The notes beneath the pieces were generated by a model. That model was not told the origin of the DNA and searched no databases. It saw only the letters and a list, made by a program, of their open reading frames with translations. Below are positions 21,545-32,012 of a stretch of DNA of 64,000 nucleotides, piece by piece. Location: IMG/VR virus record IMGVR_UViG_3300010400_000001, positions 64,001 to 128,000 of that record; one strand, 5' to 3'. Position 1 is the stretch's first letter; each line of letters begins with the position of its first letter. A program made the position numbers and the translations under genes. This DNA is from a virus.

Positions 21545-22074
21545 TCCCCTGGGTAATTACCGGTTGGGTCGCCGTTTTTGCCCTCGTGCGGGAGCTTCGC
21601 GTGAGAAAACGTGAGGCCCTGACCAGTGCCGCAACTCTCGCCGCGGCGTCGATAGTCCGGCGAACCGACGAGCAGGCCGACTTTCAAAAGCGCCGCGCCG
21701 ACGAGTTTTTCGGAATCATCGAGGGCATCCTCGGCGAGCGCGACCAGTGGAAGACAATGTATTACAAAATGTCGCAACAGGCCGGTGTCGCCCAGGCTTG
21801 GTTACTACGTGAGCTCTCGACTTCGGTCCTCCGGTCGAACCGGTATGCCGAGGTGCTCCGCGAAAAAGGGGTGAACGTCCAGAAAGTGGCCATCGATCCG
21901 GCGCTGAAGACGATCGTCGAAGAGTTTGGCGGACGGCATCCGAGCGCTGGCGATAGTGTTATTGCCTCACCGACGCTCGATGATGCGAACCGGGCCAGGG
22001 ATAGATTCGCGCTCGAAGAGAAACAGATGGCAGAGGCGTCAAAAGGCACCGCAGAGCCTATTTTGCCTGGTTAG
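21535..22074 (+). CDS. Protein with N-terminal TM segment and helical domain
   Basis: MSVIPWVITGWVAVFALVR followed by a helical region. Confidence 0.6.
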   Translation: MSVIPWVITGWVAVFALVRELRVRKREALTSAATLAAASIVRRTDEQADFQKRRADEFFGIIEGILGERDQWKTMYYKMSQQAGVAQAWLLRELSTSVLRSNRYAEVLREKGVNVQKVAIDPALKTIVEEFGGRHPSAGDSVIASPTLDDANRARDRFALEEKQMAEASKGTAEPILPG

Positions 22075-22133
22075 CCGGAGGGGTAGCTACGAGACTTGCT
22101 CGAAGATGTGCTCGTGCTTAGTCTGAAAAGCAC

Positions 22134-22931
22134 ATGTCCGACGAAACAGAGGGCCCTGCGGGCGAGCCCCGCGATGAGGCTTCGCCTGGCGATTGCGTGA
22201 TCGAGGAGGAATCGGAGGAGAGCGAGACGGAGTTTCATCCGTTCTCGGAGCTCGACGAAGATTTCAAACCGGGGCCAGCTGTCCGGATCATGGGAGAGGA
22301 CGGGCTCCCCGTCACAGTCGATCAAACAGCGACGAGCGACATCCCAGCTCTCTCGACTGAGTCGCTGATCTGCATGGGGGACTTTTCGAAGTTCGTGCTC
22401 CGTGACGAGTGGGGCGATGTCGTTGCCGAATTTCCGCCGTCGTTCGTTAGTCGAGCGCCGAACGGCCAATGGCGTATTCCGACTGACGTGGCGATTTCCG
22501 AGCCCACGCTTGTCGCGTGGCGGGAACGCATCCGAAGTGAGGAAACGTCGGTGCCGTGGACGGACCTCATGCTCTTGCAGCATCTGCTTGGCGTACGAGG
22601 TTTGATGGTGAACAGCACCTGGACCGAAGTCGAGCCGCTCCGTCCGCCGTGCCGCAACTACGTGCAGCAGAAGACGGTGTTTCATCTGAACGCGGAGAAC
22701 CGTCTTTTTCCTCGCCTCTGCTCTGCGCGCCGAACGACGGAGGGCACGTTCATGACGGTGCGTGACTCCGGCATGTGGGCCTGCACGATGCGCGAGCCGC
22801 GTGACATCGAAAGCGAGAAAGCGCTCGAGGCGTTCGATCGTTTGAAGATCGAGCAGGGGAAAAACAGACAGCACCTTCCGATGTTCGGCGGAGGCGCCGG
22901 CATCTTCGACTCCAATGCTGAAAGGAAATAG
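22134..22931 (+). CDS. Hypothetical protein
   Basis: ORF with acidic N-terminus and a C-terminal Cys cluster. Confidence 0.7.
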   Translation: MSDETEGPAGEPRDEASPGDCVIEEESEESETEFHPFSELDEDFKPGPAVRIMGEDGLPVTVDQTATSDIPALSTESLICMGDFSKFVLRDEWGDVVAEFPPSFVSRAPNGQWRIPTDVAISEPTLVAWRERIRSEETSVPWTDLMLLQHLLGVRGLMVNSTWTEVEPLRPPCRNYVQQKTVFHLNAENRLFPRLCSARRTTEGTFMTVRDSGMWACTMREPRDIESEKALEAFDRLKIEQGKNRQHLPMFGGGAGIFDSNAERK

Positions 22932-22937
22932 AGATCA

Positions 22938-23489
22938 ATGACGGACATGGCGGCTCAGGTTTTGGAAGAGGATCCGGACACCGAGGAAGAATTTCGCGCG
23001 CTCTTCATGGAAGCGGAGGAAGCGCAGGCTCGCCTAAAGGCCTTAGGGCTCGCCGAGCAGCAAGCGGGCAGGCCTGAACTTGGGAAGATCTACCAGGAGC
23101 TCGCTGGTACGGTGGTTTCCCTCCTCGGCGACTTTGCCGCGACGAGCGGCGGCGCGTTCCGTGCGCTCGAGGAGACGGTGGATGGGCTTGCCGATCAGGT
23201 CGAGACCGACGCTCCGACCGAGTCGGTGCTCCTCCCCGAAGATGCGGAGGACTACCAGAAGTACTTCGCCCAGATGTCGGAGCTTTTGACCGGCCTCTCG
23301 AAGTCTCTCTCGGATGGCGACGCGGAGCAGCGCACGGTGATCGAGGCTCTGCAGCGCCTGACGCAGGACCGAATCGAGTTCACGAAAGAGATCACGTTCG
23401 AAGAAGAAGACGTGGACGAGCCGCCGGCGCCGAATGGCAAACCGAAGGAAGAGACTGAAGAAGAGGACGAGGACGACGACGAGGAATGA
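22938..23489 (+). CDS. Acidic helical protein
   Basis: Very E/D-rich ORF with an acidic tail. Confidence 0.7.
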   Translation: MTDMAAQVLEEDPDTEEEFRALFMEAEEAQARLKALGLAEQQAGRPELGKIYQELAGTVVSLLGDFAATSGGAFRALEETVDGLADQVETDAPTESVLLPEDAEDYQKYFAQMSELLTGLSKSLSDGDAEQRTVIEALQRLTQDRIEFTKEITFEEEDVDEPPAPNGKPKEETEEEDEDDDEE

Positions 23490-26020
23490 CAGAAGCCGCC
23501 CCTCAGGAAAGTCCGGAGCCGCCGCGAGAGCTAGATCGCAAGCTTCTCGCGGAGGCGAATCTCTATGGCGTCGCCTATAAGCCCTATGCGGCGATGACGT
23601 CGCGTGAGCGCGGCGCCGTCAAGGGTCGCTGGGCGCACAAGATCCGATCGGAGGCGAAGCGCCGGGGCATCGACCCTGACGAGTTTCTTGCGATGTCGGA
23701 GGACGCCCGCGAGGAAGTCAGAAAAGAGTATCCCGAGCGTCCGCCCGCGCCGAAGCCGCCGCAAAAGAAACGGTCGATCGAAGACGTCGCCGCAAAGCGA
23801 GTCGCCGCTGAGTACGTGGACGAAGGGCTCACGCGAGGTGACGAGACGTACTCACCGGAGTCGCTCGTGCCCCCTACTGAGTCCGATCCTCGGCTTCGAG
23901 ACAAGCCGACGCTCGGCGAGGTGACGCCGGCGGACAATGAGGATCTGGTCGGTTGGACGCCGCCCTCGAACCTACTCGACATCTACGCTCGCTTCACGAT
24001 CGGCGACGGCCAGCACTTCATTCGTGTCGAACGGCTCGAGCCGAAGATCTGGCAGTCCGTTCCGTGCGCCGGCTACCTCGGAGAGATTCGAGAGCCGATT
24101 TCAGAAGAGCAGTTTCGCGCCTTCTACGGCGGCAGGGTCTACAGCCTGACCGTCTATGGGCCAGATCCGCACGGGCGAAGAGATCCAACGAACGACACGC
24201 CGATCATCAAGGCGAAGACGCAACCCTTCCGGTACACGGTTGCGAACATGCCTTATCCCAATTTCAAGGCGCTTCCGGGAGTCAGCCCGTCGGCGCATGG
24301 AGTAAATCCAATGCAACCGTTTCCAGTAGGCATGTTCCCGAGTGGCGAGATGCCGACGACCCCGGCAGCTGCGCAGCAGTTCAAGTCCACGCTCGACTTC
24401 GTGAGCGACATGGTGGAGCGCGGCGACAAGAAGGCTGAGGAGGCTCGCCGAAACAACGGTCAGACGAGCGACGTCCTGAAAGTCGTGAGCGATGCGGGCA
24501 GGGAGGCGATCGAGCAGGCAAACAAGGCTGCCGCCACGAGGGAAAAGGCTCTGCTCGATCAGCTGGCGAGCGAGCGAGAGGATCGAAAGAAGCTCGAAGA
24601 CAAGATCGACAAGCTTGCCGCTGCGCCGAAGACGAGCTCGGTGCAAGAGGCGACGGAGCTCCTCAAGACTTTGAACCCGGCGGAAAACGCTCAGCAGCAA
24701 GTGGTGCGTCTCGAGCAGCAGCACAAGGACGAGATTTCGCGGATCCGAGAGCAGCACAAGGAGACCCTCGACGCGCTCCGGATCCGTCACGACGACGAGG
24801 TGAAGCGACTTCGCGATCGCATCGACGATATCGAGCGCATGTACAAGAGCAAGCTCGAGGACGCAGAGAAGCGCCTGCTCGAACGAGACCGCGAGCTCCG
24901 GCTCGACATCGACAGAGAGCGCAAGGATGGGCAGGACCGAGTGAGGGAGACCGAGGCGCGAGAGCGGAGCGTCGCTGCCGAACGGATCAAGGAAACCGAA
25001 AAGCTCTTCGAGGGGCGCCTTGCCGATCTCAGGAGTCAGAACGAACGGGAGCTCCGCGACGCAAAAAGCCAGAACGAGCGTGAGCTTCGAATGCAAAAGG
25101 AGCAGTTCGATACCCGCGTCGAGACATCGAAGAGCACGATGGACATGCAGCTCGCCGCGGCCAAGGAGCGAGTGAAGCGGCTCGAAGAAGAGATCGAGGA
25201 AGCCAAGGAGGAACTCGCAGCGGCCAAGGATCCAATCGCGATCATGGAACGAGCGAAGAAGGAAGCAGAAGCGCTCGGGTTCGAGAAGAAGGAGGACGCC
25301 GGTCCGCAGACGACTGGCGAGCGCTTCGCAGCCACGGTCGGCATGGGGCTCTCGAAGGCTCTGGAGACCTTGCCCGAGTGGGGACCGAAGATGATGTCGT
25401 CCTTTGGTCAGCGCTCGCAGCCGGCGCTCGGCTCCGTTCCGGTGCAGCGCCTCCCGCAGGGTCAGCAGGCTCCCGGGCAGAGACCGCCGCAGCAGCGAGT
25501 CGCGAGTCGGCGCACGGTCGCGTGGGCGACGCAGGGCTCTGTGCCGATTGCCGGCCAGGAACCGGTCATCCCGCCCGAAAGACCGAGCGCGCCGCAGGCG
25601 GCCCCGCCCGTAACGGCGCCTCAGGCTGCGCCGCAGGCGGCCGCGCCTCCGCCGCCCGCGACGTCGATTCCTGAATCAGCGGCGGCGCCCGCGCAGGCGC
25701 CTGCCGCTCCGCCCGGACCCGCAACGAATCCGATGGGTCTCATTTTCCCGGACGACGTCGTCGTCGAATTCAGGATGCGAGTCGAGCAAGCGATCAACGC
25801 GAACTATTCGGCGGAGACATTCGCGGATCAATTCCGTGGGCAGTTCCCTGACGCTGCGGTCGCGCTCGCGAGTACCTACAAGCCCGAGCATCTCGCCGAG
25901 GTCGTGAAGGGCATGCCGAATTCCGGCGACTCTCCGATCTTGCGCCGTGACGGCAAGCGGTGGGTCGAAAAGTTCTGGGCGCGCCTCTCGGCGCCGGCCG
26001 GCGCGCCCGCGCCATCGTGA
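23486..26020 (+). CDS. Large coiled-coil protein with Pro/Ala-rich linker (844 aa)
   Basis: About 300 aa E/K/R heptad-rich centre, PAPQA linker, small terminal domains. Confidence 0.8.
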   Translation: MTEAAPQESPEPPRELDRKLLAEANLYGVAYKPYAAMTSRERGAVKGRWAHKIRSEAKRRGIDPDEFLAMSEDAREEVRKEYPERPPAPKPPQKKRSIEDVAAKRVAAEYVDEGLTRGDETYSPESLVPPTESDPRLRDKPTLGEVTPADNEDLVGWTPPSNLLDIYARFTIGDGQHFIRVERLEPKIWQSVPCAGYLGEIREPISEEQFRAFYGGRVYSLTVYGPDPHGRRDPTNDTPIIKAKTQPFRYTVANMPYPNFKALPGVSPSAHGVNPMQPFPVGMFPSGEMPTTPAAAQQFKSTLDFVSDMVERGDKKAEEARRNNGQTSDVLKVVSDAGREAIEQANKAAATREKALLDQLASEREDRKKLEDKIDKLAAAPKTSSVQEATELLKTLNPAENAQQQVVRLEQQHKDEISRIREQHKETLDALRIRHDDEVKRLRDRIDDIERMYKSKLEDAEKRLLERDRELRLDIDRERKDGQDRVRETEARERSVAAERIKETEKLFEGRLADLRSQNERELRDAKSQNERELRMQKEQFDTRVETSKSTMDMQLAAAKERVKRLEEEIEEAKEELAAAKDPIAIMERAKKEAEALGFEKKEDAGPQTTGERFAATVGMGLSKALETLPEWGPKMMSSFGQRSQPALGSVPVQRLPQGQQAPGQRPPQQRVASRRTVAWATQGSVPIAGQEPVIPPERPSAPQAAPPVTAPQAAPQAAAPPPPATSIPESAAAPAQAPAAPPGPATNPMGLIFPDDVVVEFRMRVEQAINANYSAETFADQFRGQFPDAAVALASTYKPEHLAEVVKGMPNSGDSPILRRDGKRWVEKFWARLSAPAGAPAPS

Positions 26021-26061
26021 AAGCTCGGACGAGCTCGGGGAGCCTGAGCTATCATCAGAAG

Positions 26062-26883
26062 ATGAAGCCCACGCTCGCGATCATGAATCGCTCGACTGTA
26101 GTCCCGGACGCCGCCTTCCCACCTGTCGTTGCCGCCAACCAGAAGCAGGTCTCGGGAGACTTCGCCGAGTACTACGGCAAGGACGCCTCACTCGTATTCG
26201 TAGCGAAGTCAGAGCAGCCGCCCGTAGGAAGCTGGCAGATCGTCGTCAGCGACACGGTGCCGATGGCGGGAGCGCTCGGCTATCACGATTTCACGAAAGA
26301 GGGCAATCCCATCGGCAAAGTCGGCGCGATGACGAGCATGAAGGCGAACGCGCTCTGGGCCGTGACGTTGTCGCACGAGATCTTGGAGATGCTCGCCGAC
26401 CCCGACATCATCCGCGCGGCGTTCGTGCAGCAGACGGCGGTCCGAGCGATGATCTTCGCGTACGAGATTTGCGATCCCGTAGAGGCGGACGAGCTCGCGT
26501 ACGAAATCGACGGCGTGAAAGTGAGCGACTTCGTGACGGAGCAGTGGTTCGAACCGCATCGCGTCGGCGTTCCGTTTTCATTCCGGAAGACTGTGCAGCG
26601 TCCGATGACGCTTGCGCCGGGCGGCTACATCAGCGTGTACCGACCCGGCGGCGGCCGCTGGCAGCAGATTAACGCGCGCGCAGATCTGCATCCTCCCGGC
26701 GCCGCGACAGAAGAACTGCGAAACATCGTTTACCTGGCGCACCGCGCCGAGGTCGATGACGAGCGAGCGATCCGGGGTCGCGCCTTGCCGTACTCGAAGA
26801 TCCCGAACGTCGGGAGCCGGCGCGAGCGGAGAAACCGTGCGCGTGCCGAGTGGTGCGTGAGCACGGAGGACAGCGGTTCATGA
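26062..26883 (+). CDS. Putative metal-dependent hydrolase/peptidase (HExxE type)
   Basis: GALGYH, TLSHEILEMLADP, AYEICDPVE, VSDFV motifs. Confidence 0.6.
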   Translation: MKPTLAIMNRSTVVPDAAFPPVVAANQKQVSGDFAEYYGKDASLVFVAKSEQPPVGSWQIVVSDTVPMAGALGYHDFTKEGNPIGKVGAMTSMKANALWAVTLSHEILEMLADPDIIRAAFVQQTAVRAMIFAYEICDPVEADELAYEIDGVKVSDFVTEQWFEPHRVGVPFSFRKTVQRPMTLAPGGYISVYRPGGGRWQQINARADLHPPGAATEELRNIVYLAHRAEVDDERAIRGRALPYSKIPNVGSRRERRNRARAEWCVSTEDSGS

Positions 26884-27125
26884 GCAAGGATCCGAAGGAC
26901 AGTCCGTTCGTGCGGCATGTTCTCTACACGAACGACGTCACTCGCCTGGTCGCAAGCTTCGTGCAGTCGCTGATGACCGTGGCGCCGCCCGAGAACGTGC
27001 GCCAAGCGCTCGAGTCGATGCTCGTAAATTGGCCAGACCGAGTGCGACACACGAAGGAGATGCATGAGGCCCTTGCGGCCCAGCTCGGCGAGCCGTCGGG
27101 GTGGCCTGACGAATCGAAGAACTAG
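26880..27125 (+). CDS. Hypothetical protein
   Basis: ORF overlapping the upstream stop. Confidence 0.55.
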   Translation: MSKDPKDSPFVRHVLYTNDVTRLVASFVQSLMTVAPPENVRQALESMLVNWPDRVRHTKEMHEALAAQLGEPSGWPDESKN

Positions 27126-27266
27126 CCTTCGGGGCGGACGGAGCATGATGCGCGGGGAGATCCCGCGATGTGAAAACGGTGAGTCGTTCATGATGAAACA
27201 CTCCGTCCGGCCCGAGTTTTCGGTAAGCGCTTGTCCCCGGGGGCCTTCGTAGATAAAGTTCTCTCC

Positions 27267-27749
27267 ATGCTCCACGGTAACGGGCTTGGTCGAGGCGGCG
27301 GCGGAGGCGGTCACGGTGGCGGTGGTCACGGTGGAGGCGGCGGTCACCACGGCGGTGGCGGAGGCGGGCATCATGGCGGTGGCGGTCACCACGGCGGCCA
27401 TCGCGGTGGACGCGGGCGCGGCTTCGGTCCGACTGTGGTCGTTCAAGATGGCGGCGGATGGTGGGGTCCGGGCTGGTACGCCGATCCGCTCGTCGTCGAG
27501 CGGACGTGCGCGGTCGTCGACACGGAGGGTGTGTGCATCTGTCAGACGCTCAATCCGGACGGCACGTGCGCTCGGCCGCTCGTCGGCTGGGTTGGCGGTC
27601 GTCCCATCTACGGCATTGGAGAGGAAACGCTCTCGGCATCGAGCGGAGCGACGAGCTGGATCGCGGGAGGCCTGCTCGTTGGCCTCGCGATTGGCGTCTA
27701 TGCCCTGGATAAAAAGGGCCCTGGCGGCTCCAGGCGCGCCTCAGCTTGA
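27267..27749 (+). CDS. Gly/His-rich protein with C-terminal TM anchor
   Basis: (GGGGH)n repeats, Cys cluster, IYGIG, then TM plus KK. Confidence 0.7.
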   Translation: MLHGNGLGRGGGGGGHGGGGHGGGGGHHGGGGGGHHGGGGHHGGHRGGRGRGFGPTVVVQDGGGWWGPGWYADPLVVERTCAVVDTEGVCICQTLNPDGTCARPLVGWVGGRPIYGIGEETLSASSGATSWIAGGLLVGLAIGVYALDKKGPGGSRRASA

Positions 27750-27772
27750 GTTAGACCGGATCCCCTTGTAGA

Positions 27773-28357
27773 GTGAGGGCTGCTGGGCGCTTCCCGACGC
27801 CAGGCATCGGGAAAGTTGTGCGCCAGCTGTCGAACCAGCCCCCATCGACCCTGTCGGGTTTCCGCGGACACCCGGACACGCTCCGGGCCATGGTTCGGGC
27901 CGTTCACGGTCAGCGAGGCGAGCAGAGCATGCTCGTGAAATCGGTGGCCGAGCACATTGTGCAGAAGGTGCAGCCGAAGGATTACCTCGGAGAGATCTTG
28001 GCGGTGAGGTACTGGGTGACCGAGCACGTCAGGTACCTGAACGATCCGCTGCACGTCGAGGTCGTGAAGGATCCGCAACGCATCGTCGAAGAGATCGATG
28101 CACGCGGCCAAGCGGCGGAAGACTGCGACGGCATCGCGCTCCTCATCGGATGCCTCTGCCTTCTCATTGGCCGCGTGTGCGAGTTCGTCGTCGTCGGTTT
28201 CGGCGAGCCCGGGAGCTACAGCCACGTCTTCGTACGCGTAAAGGAACCCCGGAGCGGGAAATGGATCGTGTGCGATCCGGTTGCGGGCTCTGACGAGCGC
28301 GGCATGCTCGATCGCGTGACGACTTTTTACACGAAGAGTCTCGACGAGGCGGCGTAA
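27773..28357 (+). CDS. Transglutaminase-like (papain-fold) cysteine protease; candidate maturation protease
   Basis: VRYLNDP, EDCDG (Cys), YSHVF (His), WIVCDPV (Asp) triad. Confidence 0.8.
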   Translation: MRAAGRFPTPGIGKVVRQLSNQPPSTLSGFRGHPDTLRAMVRAVHGQRGEQSMLVKSVAEHIVQKVQPKDYLGEILAVRYWVTEHVRYLNDPLHVEVVKDPQRIVEEIDARGQAAEDCDGIALLIGCLCLLIGRVCEFVVVGFGEPGSYSHVFVRVKEPRSGKWIVCDPVAGSDERGMLDRVTTFYTKSLDEAA

Positions 28358-30152
28358 TGTCGAATCGATTCAAAAATCTCCGCCCGAACTATCCGCTCTA
28401 CGAGAGTCAGCCGATGTTCGGCGGCGCCCTGCCGACGATCGACGAGATCGGGCCGCCCGACATGCGGCCGAGCGGATTGAACCCGTACTACGACATGTAC
28501 AGAGGGGCTCACGGGCGAAACTTTGCCGGCCTCGGAGGAAATACGATGAGTGCTGATCCAGGGATCCGCGACTATCCGAACGAGCTCAACATGCTCGCGG
28601 AGGCCGACGACGTGCAAGGAAACGGCGTCTTCGATCCTCACGGAAGCCAGGGCAACGTCCACGTCGACCAGGGAGTCTTCGCCGATCACGAAAACCTCCC
28701 GGGCTACATCGTGAAGGACCAGTACTACGCGCCCTCTTCGGTCATCGACGCGACGACGGGAAACCCCGTCATGTACGTCCCGGGCGGCGCAGTGCCGATC
28801 GATCAGAACCAGCTCGACACGTACAGAGAGCGCCAGCTTCTCTGGGAATTGCAGCCAGGCCTCAGCCCCGAGAGCCTGCCCGAGCCGCCCGACGGGGAGA
28901 CGTGGATCCCGCACGAGTACTCGTGGCCCGTGTCGGGCATCGGCGCAGATCCGCCGCCGGGCGCAGATCCCGCGTCGCTCCCGTCATCCGGCTCCAAGGT
29001 TCCTCTCATCGCGTCGCTCGGCATCGTCGGCGTCGCCGTCGGCATCTTCGTCGCCACCCTCATGAAGAAGTAACCACGCATGGACCACTACCAGAGCATC
29101 CTGCCCGAGTTCGACGTCTTCACGCCGCCGCCGGCGCCGCGCGAGCCGCCCGGCGGTCAGATGCTTGGCGCCGTGCGCCCGAAGAGAGCCGCGCGCTGGC
29201 TCATGAGCCCAGCGTCCGCTGTCTTTTCCGGTCTCGGGCAGGACGAGCCGGCCGCTGCGCTCGCTGTCGAGCCGCCGTCGACGGGGCACCTCGTCGTTGG
29301 TCTCCTCATCCTCACGGGCCTCGGCTACCTCTGCTACGAGGTCGGGACAGCGATGGCGCCCGCCGGCTCGAAGAAGGTGCAGTGGGGCATCGTCGGCATT
29401 CCCGCGGGTCTTCTTGCTGGGCCGCTTGGCCTCGGCGCGATGGCCGTCTACGCGAATCACGGAAGGGGATAAGCGATGGGATGCGGCTGCGCTCAAGGTA
29501 TCGGTGATTCGATGAACACGTACGACGGGCCTGTCCCGTCGGGTGTTCCGAATCCGTTCGGTCCGATGCTGCACTCGTACCCGACCAGGTACCACGGCCC
29601 GATCTACACGCGGCCGATGTTCGGCTTTCCGTGGCGCGAGCGTCCGAACGACTTCGCGCGAGAGCGCGGGCTCGAGGGCCTCGGCGTGGAAGACGTCCCG
29701 TCCGGCACGAGTGACGGGCTCAAGGCTCTTCTCGTGCTCGGGCTCATCGGCGGCGTAGTCATCTTGACGAGGAATCTCTGATGTACCGAAAAAACGGTCA
29801 CTCGATGCCAGAGCGCGAGGAAGGCGCTGCGTACTTGGGTCTCTTCGGAGACGAAGACGATCGCATCTGGGGCGTGAATCCAAGTCTTCTGACGCGCGGC
29901 TTCGGCGAAGGCGACGCGGCGACCGAGATACCGGAGGTGGCGATCGAGGGAAGCCCCGCGGCGCCGCTCTTTTACGAGACGCCGTTCTGGCGCGTGCTCT
30001 CGATCGCGGGAGCGGCGCTCGGCGCGTATCACGGATACAAGCGAAACGATTCTTTCGGGTGGGCCCTCGGCTGGGCCTTTCTCGGATCGCTCATTCCCGT
30101 CGTGGTGATCCCTGTCGCGTTCGCGCAAGGGATCGGGAAACCAAAGAGGTAA
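28357..30152 (+). other. Four putative virion membrane proteins (28357-29073, 29080-29472, 29476-29781, 29781-30152)
   Basis: Each ends in a TM segment, most with a basic tail, and contains x-x-G-[LIF]-G motifs. Confidence 0.7.
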
Positions 30153-30159
30153 AACGGTC

Positions 30160-31008
30160 ATGCTCCAAGTCAAAACTCGAGGCGGTGTGTTCGGTCCCGG
30201 CGGCTACGGCGGCGGGATCTTCGACGGATCGCAAATGGGATTCGGCGGCCTCGGCAGCGTGGCGTTCGAGCAAGCAGCCGCGGGTATCGGCGCCGACACG
30301 GGCGCCTTCAAGTGGTGCAGCAAGGCGTCGCCGTGCCCTACGGGCGACCCGCGAGTCAGCGCACTTCAGAAGGCTCTGAACACGGCGCTCAAGGCGCACG
30401 GTTTCAAGCCGCTGACGGTCGACGGGAAATTCGGAACGAGCACGTGCGGCGCGATCTCGTGGGCAGGAAATCTCCCCCAGTCCGATCCGCTCTTCACGAC
30501 TGCCGGTGTCGAGTACATGACGCCCGCCTACCTCGTCGATAGCTCGGGCCAGCCAGTCTGCAAGTCCTTCACCTACCCGACGAAGGTCGGATCGACGACG
30601 CCGTACATTCCCCCGTCGACGTTCCGCTCGGGCCTCCCCTGGAAAGAGGTGAGCCCGGAGACGGCGACGGTGCAGCGGAACATAAATAACGATCTCACGC
30701 AGCACGGCTACGATCCGATCAGCGAGAGCGGCATGCTCGACGCGCCGACCTGCGGCGCGATGCGGGTCGCGAAAGACGAGTGGGGTATGGACTACCTCAC
30801 GGCGTACGGCGGTAACTGCCAGGAGTTTCAGGCGCCGCGAAAGCACGCGCAGCCAGTCGTCGTGACTCCGACGCCGACTCCGGCGCATGAAGACGAGCTG
30901 CCGCACGCAGTCAGCTCGAAAAAGAGCGGCGTCTCGACGGCGTGGGTGATCGGTGGTCTTGCCGTCGCCGCCGGCGTCGCAGGTCTCTACGCCGCACGAA
31001 AGAGGTAG
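30160..31008 (+). CDS. Membrane-anchored protein with two peptidoglycan-binding-like domains
   Basis: VSALQKALN...LTVDGKFGTSTC and TATVQRNIN...ISESGMLDAPTC; C-terminal TM plus RKR. Confidence 0.75.
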   Translation: MLQVKTRGGVFGPGGYGGGIFDGSQMGFGGLGSVAFEQAAAGIGADTGAFKWCSKASPCPTGDPRVSALQKALNTALKAHGFKPLTVDGKFGTSTCGAISWAGNLPQSDPLFTTAGVEYMTPAYLVDSSGQPVCKSFTYPTKVGSTTPYIPPSTFRSGLPWKEVSPETATVQRNINNDLTQHGYDPISESGMLDAPTCGAMRVAKDEWGMDYLTAYGGNCQEFQAPRKHAQPVVVTPTPTPAHEDELPHAVSSKKSGVSTAWVIGGLAVAAGVAGLYAARKR

Positions 31009-31017
31009 CCTCCCCCC

Positions 31018-31662
31018 ATGTCGAACTTCGGTCCCATCGCGTACGAGGACATGAGTCAGCTAAATGCTGAGTGGGGACAGCAGCGTCCGCCGATGGCGGG
31101 CCTCGGAGGGCTCCTCGCGGGTCTCGGCGCCGTCGCGCCCATGGCGCAGCACGAGTACGTCGACGTGTCCTTCCTCAATGCTCGGCTCCGTCCGATCGAG
31201 CCGAAGCGGTTCGGCATGGGCTACGGGATCGGCAACGGCGTCGGCAACGGCAGCATCTCCGGGAACAGTCTCGGCATCGTTGCCGGGCTCGGCGGAGACC
31301 CAGACTACCCCTGGCGGGAATACAGCTCCGACACGAAGGCGCTTCAGGAGCAGACGAACGAAGCGCTCATCGCGAATGGGTATGCTCCTATCACGGCCGA
31401 CGGGAAGCTCGGCCCCGCGACGTGCGGCGCTGTCCGCGCGATGTGCGCGACCTTGTCGCCACCGTGCGACACGCCGGGAACGTGCCAATCGTTCACGGCG
31501 CCGAGCCGCCCGGGCGCGATCGTGAAGACTTCATCGTCGAAGCCCTCCGTCGCGCGAGCGAGCATGATGGGCGGCGGCACGAACTGGCTTCTCATCGGCG
31601 GCGCCATCGGAGCGATCGCGATCGGCGGCGCGCTCATGTTCAAGGCGTCGAAAAAGCGATGA
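31018..31662 (+). CDS. Membrane-anchored peptidoglycan-binding-like protein, paralogue of 30160
   Basis: PWREYS..TKALQEQTNEAL..GYAPITADGKLGPATCGA; C-terminal TM plus KKR. Confidence 0.75.
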   Translation: MSNFGPIAYEDMSQLNAEWGQQRPPMAGLGGLLAGLGAVAPMAQHEYVDVSFLNARLRPIEPKRFGMGYGIGNGVGNGSISGNSLGIVAGLGGDPDYPWREYSSDTKALQEQTNEALIANGYAPITADGKLGPATCGAVRAMCATLSPPCDTPGTCQSFTAPSRPGAIVKTSSSKPSVARASMMGGGTNWLLIGGAIGAIAIGGALMFKASKKR

Positions 31663-32012
31663 CGACACCGGTAGAGGCGATCCAGCAGCGTCTCGGTGTG
31701 CCGCGGAGCGGCCACTGGGACGGCGTCACGCGCGGCGCGCTCGTCGCCTACCAGCAGAGCCACGGCCTATCGCCGAGCGGGCATCCCGATCCGGCGACGC
31801 TCGCGAGCCTCGGCTACTACAGGCCCGACGATCTCTTCACTCAAAAGTGGGTGAGCTACCTCGAAGGCGGAGACAAGCCCGGAACCTTCGGTCGCGATCT
31901 CAAGACGTCGATCGATCAGGTGCCGCGCTGGGCGTGGGCGACGCTCGCCGCGAGCTTTTCGGTCTTCGCCTACATGGCGTACCGAACGGATCGAAAGCGA
32001 GAAGGGCACTGA
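31659..32012 (+). CDS. Peptidoglycan-binding domain protein with C-terminal TM
   Basis: IQQRLGV...GHWDGVTRGALVAYQQSHGLSPSGHPDPATLASL. Confidence 0.8.
   Translation: MTTPVEAIQQRLGVPRSGHWDGVTRGALVAYQQSHGLSPSGHPDPATLASLGYYRPDDLFTQKWVSYLEGGDKPGTFGRDLKTSIDQVPRWAWATLAASFSVFAYMAYRTDRKREGH

Noticed and set aside
23486-26020. Tail tape measure or SMC ATPase
   Set aside because: No Walker motifs, no tail gene context, and charged coiled-coil rather than tape-measure composition.
27290-27420. GGC/CAC-rich repeat as a non-coding element
   Set aside because: It is an in-frame Gly/His low-complexity segment of a membrane protein.
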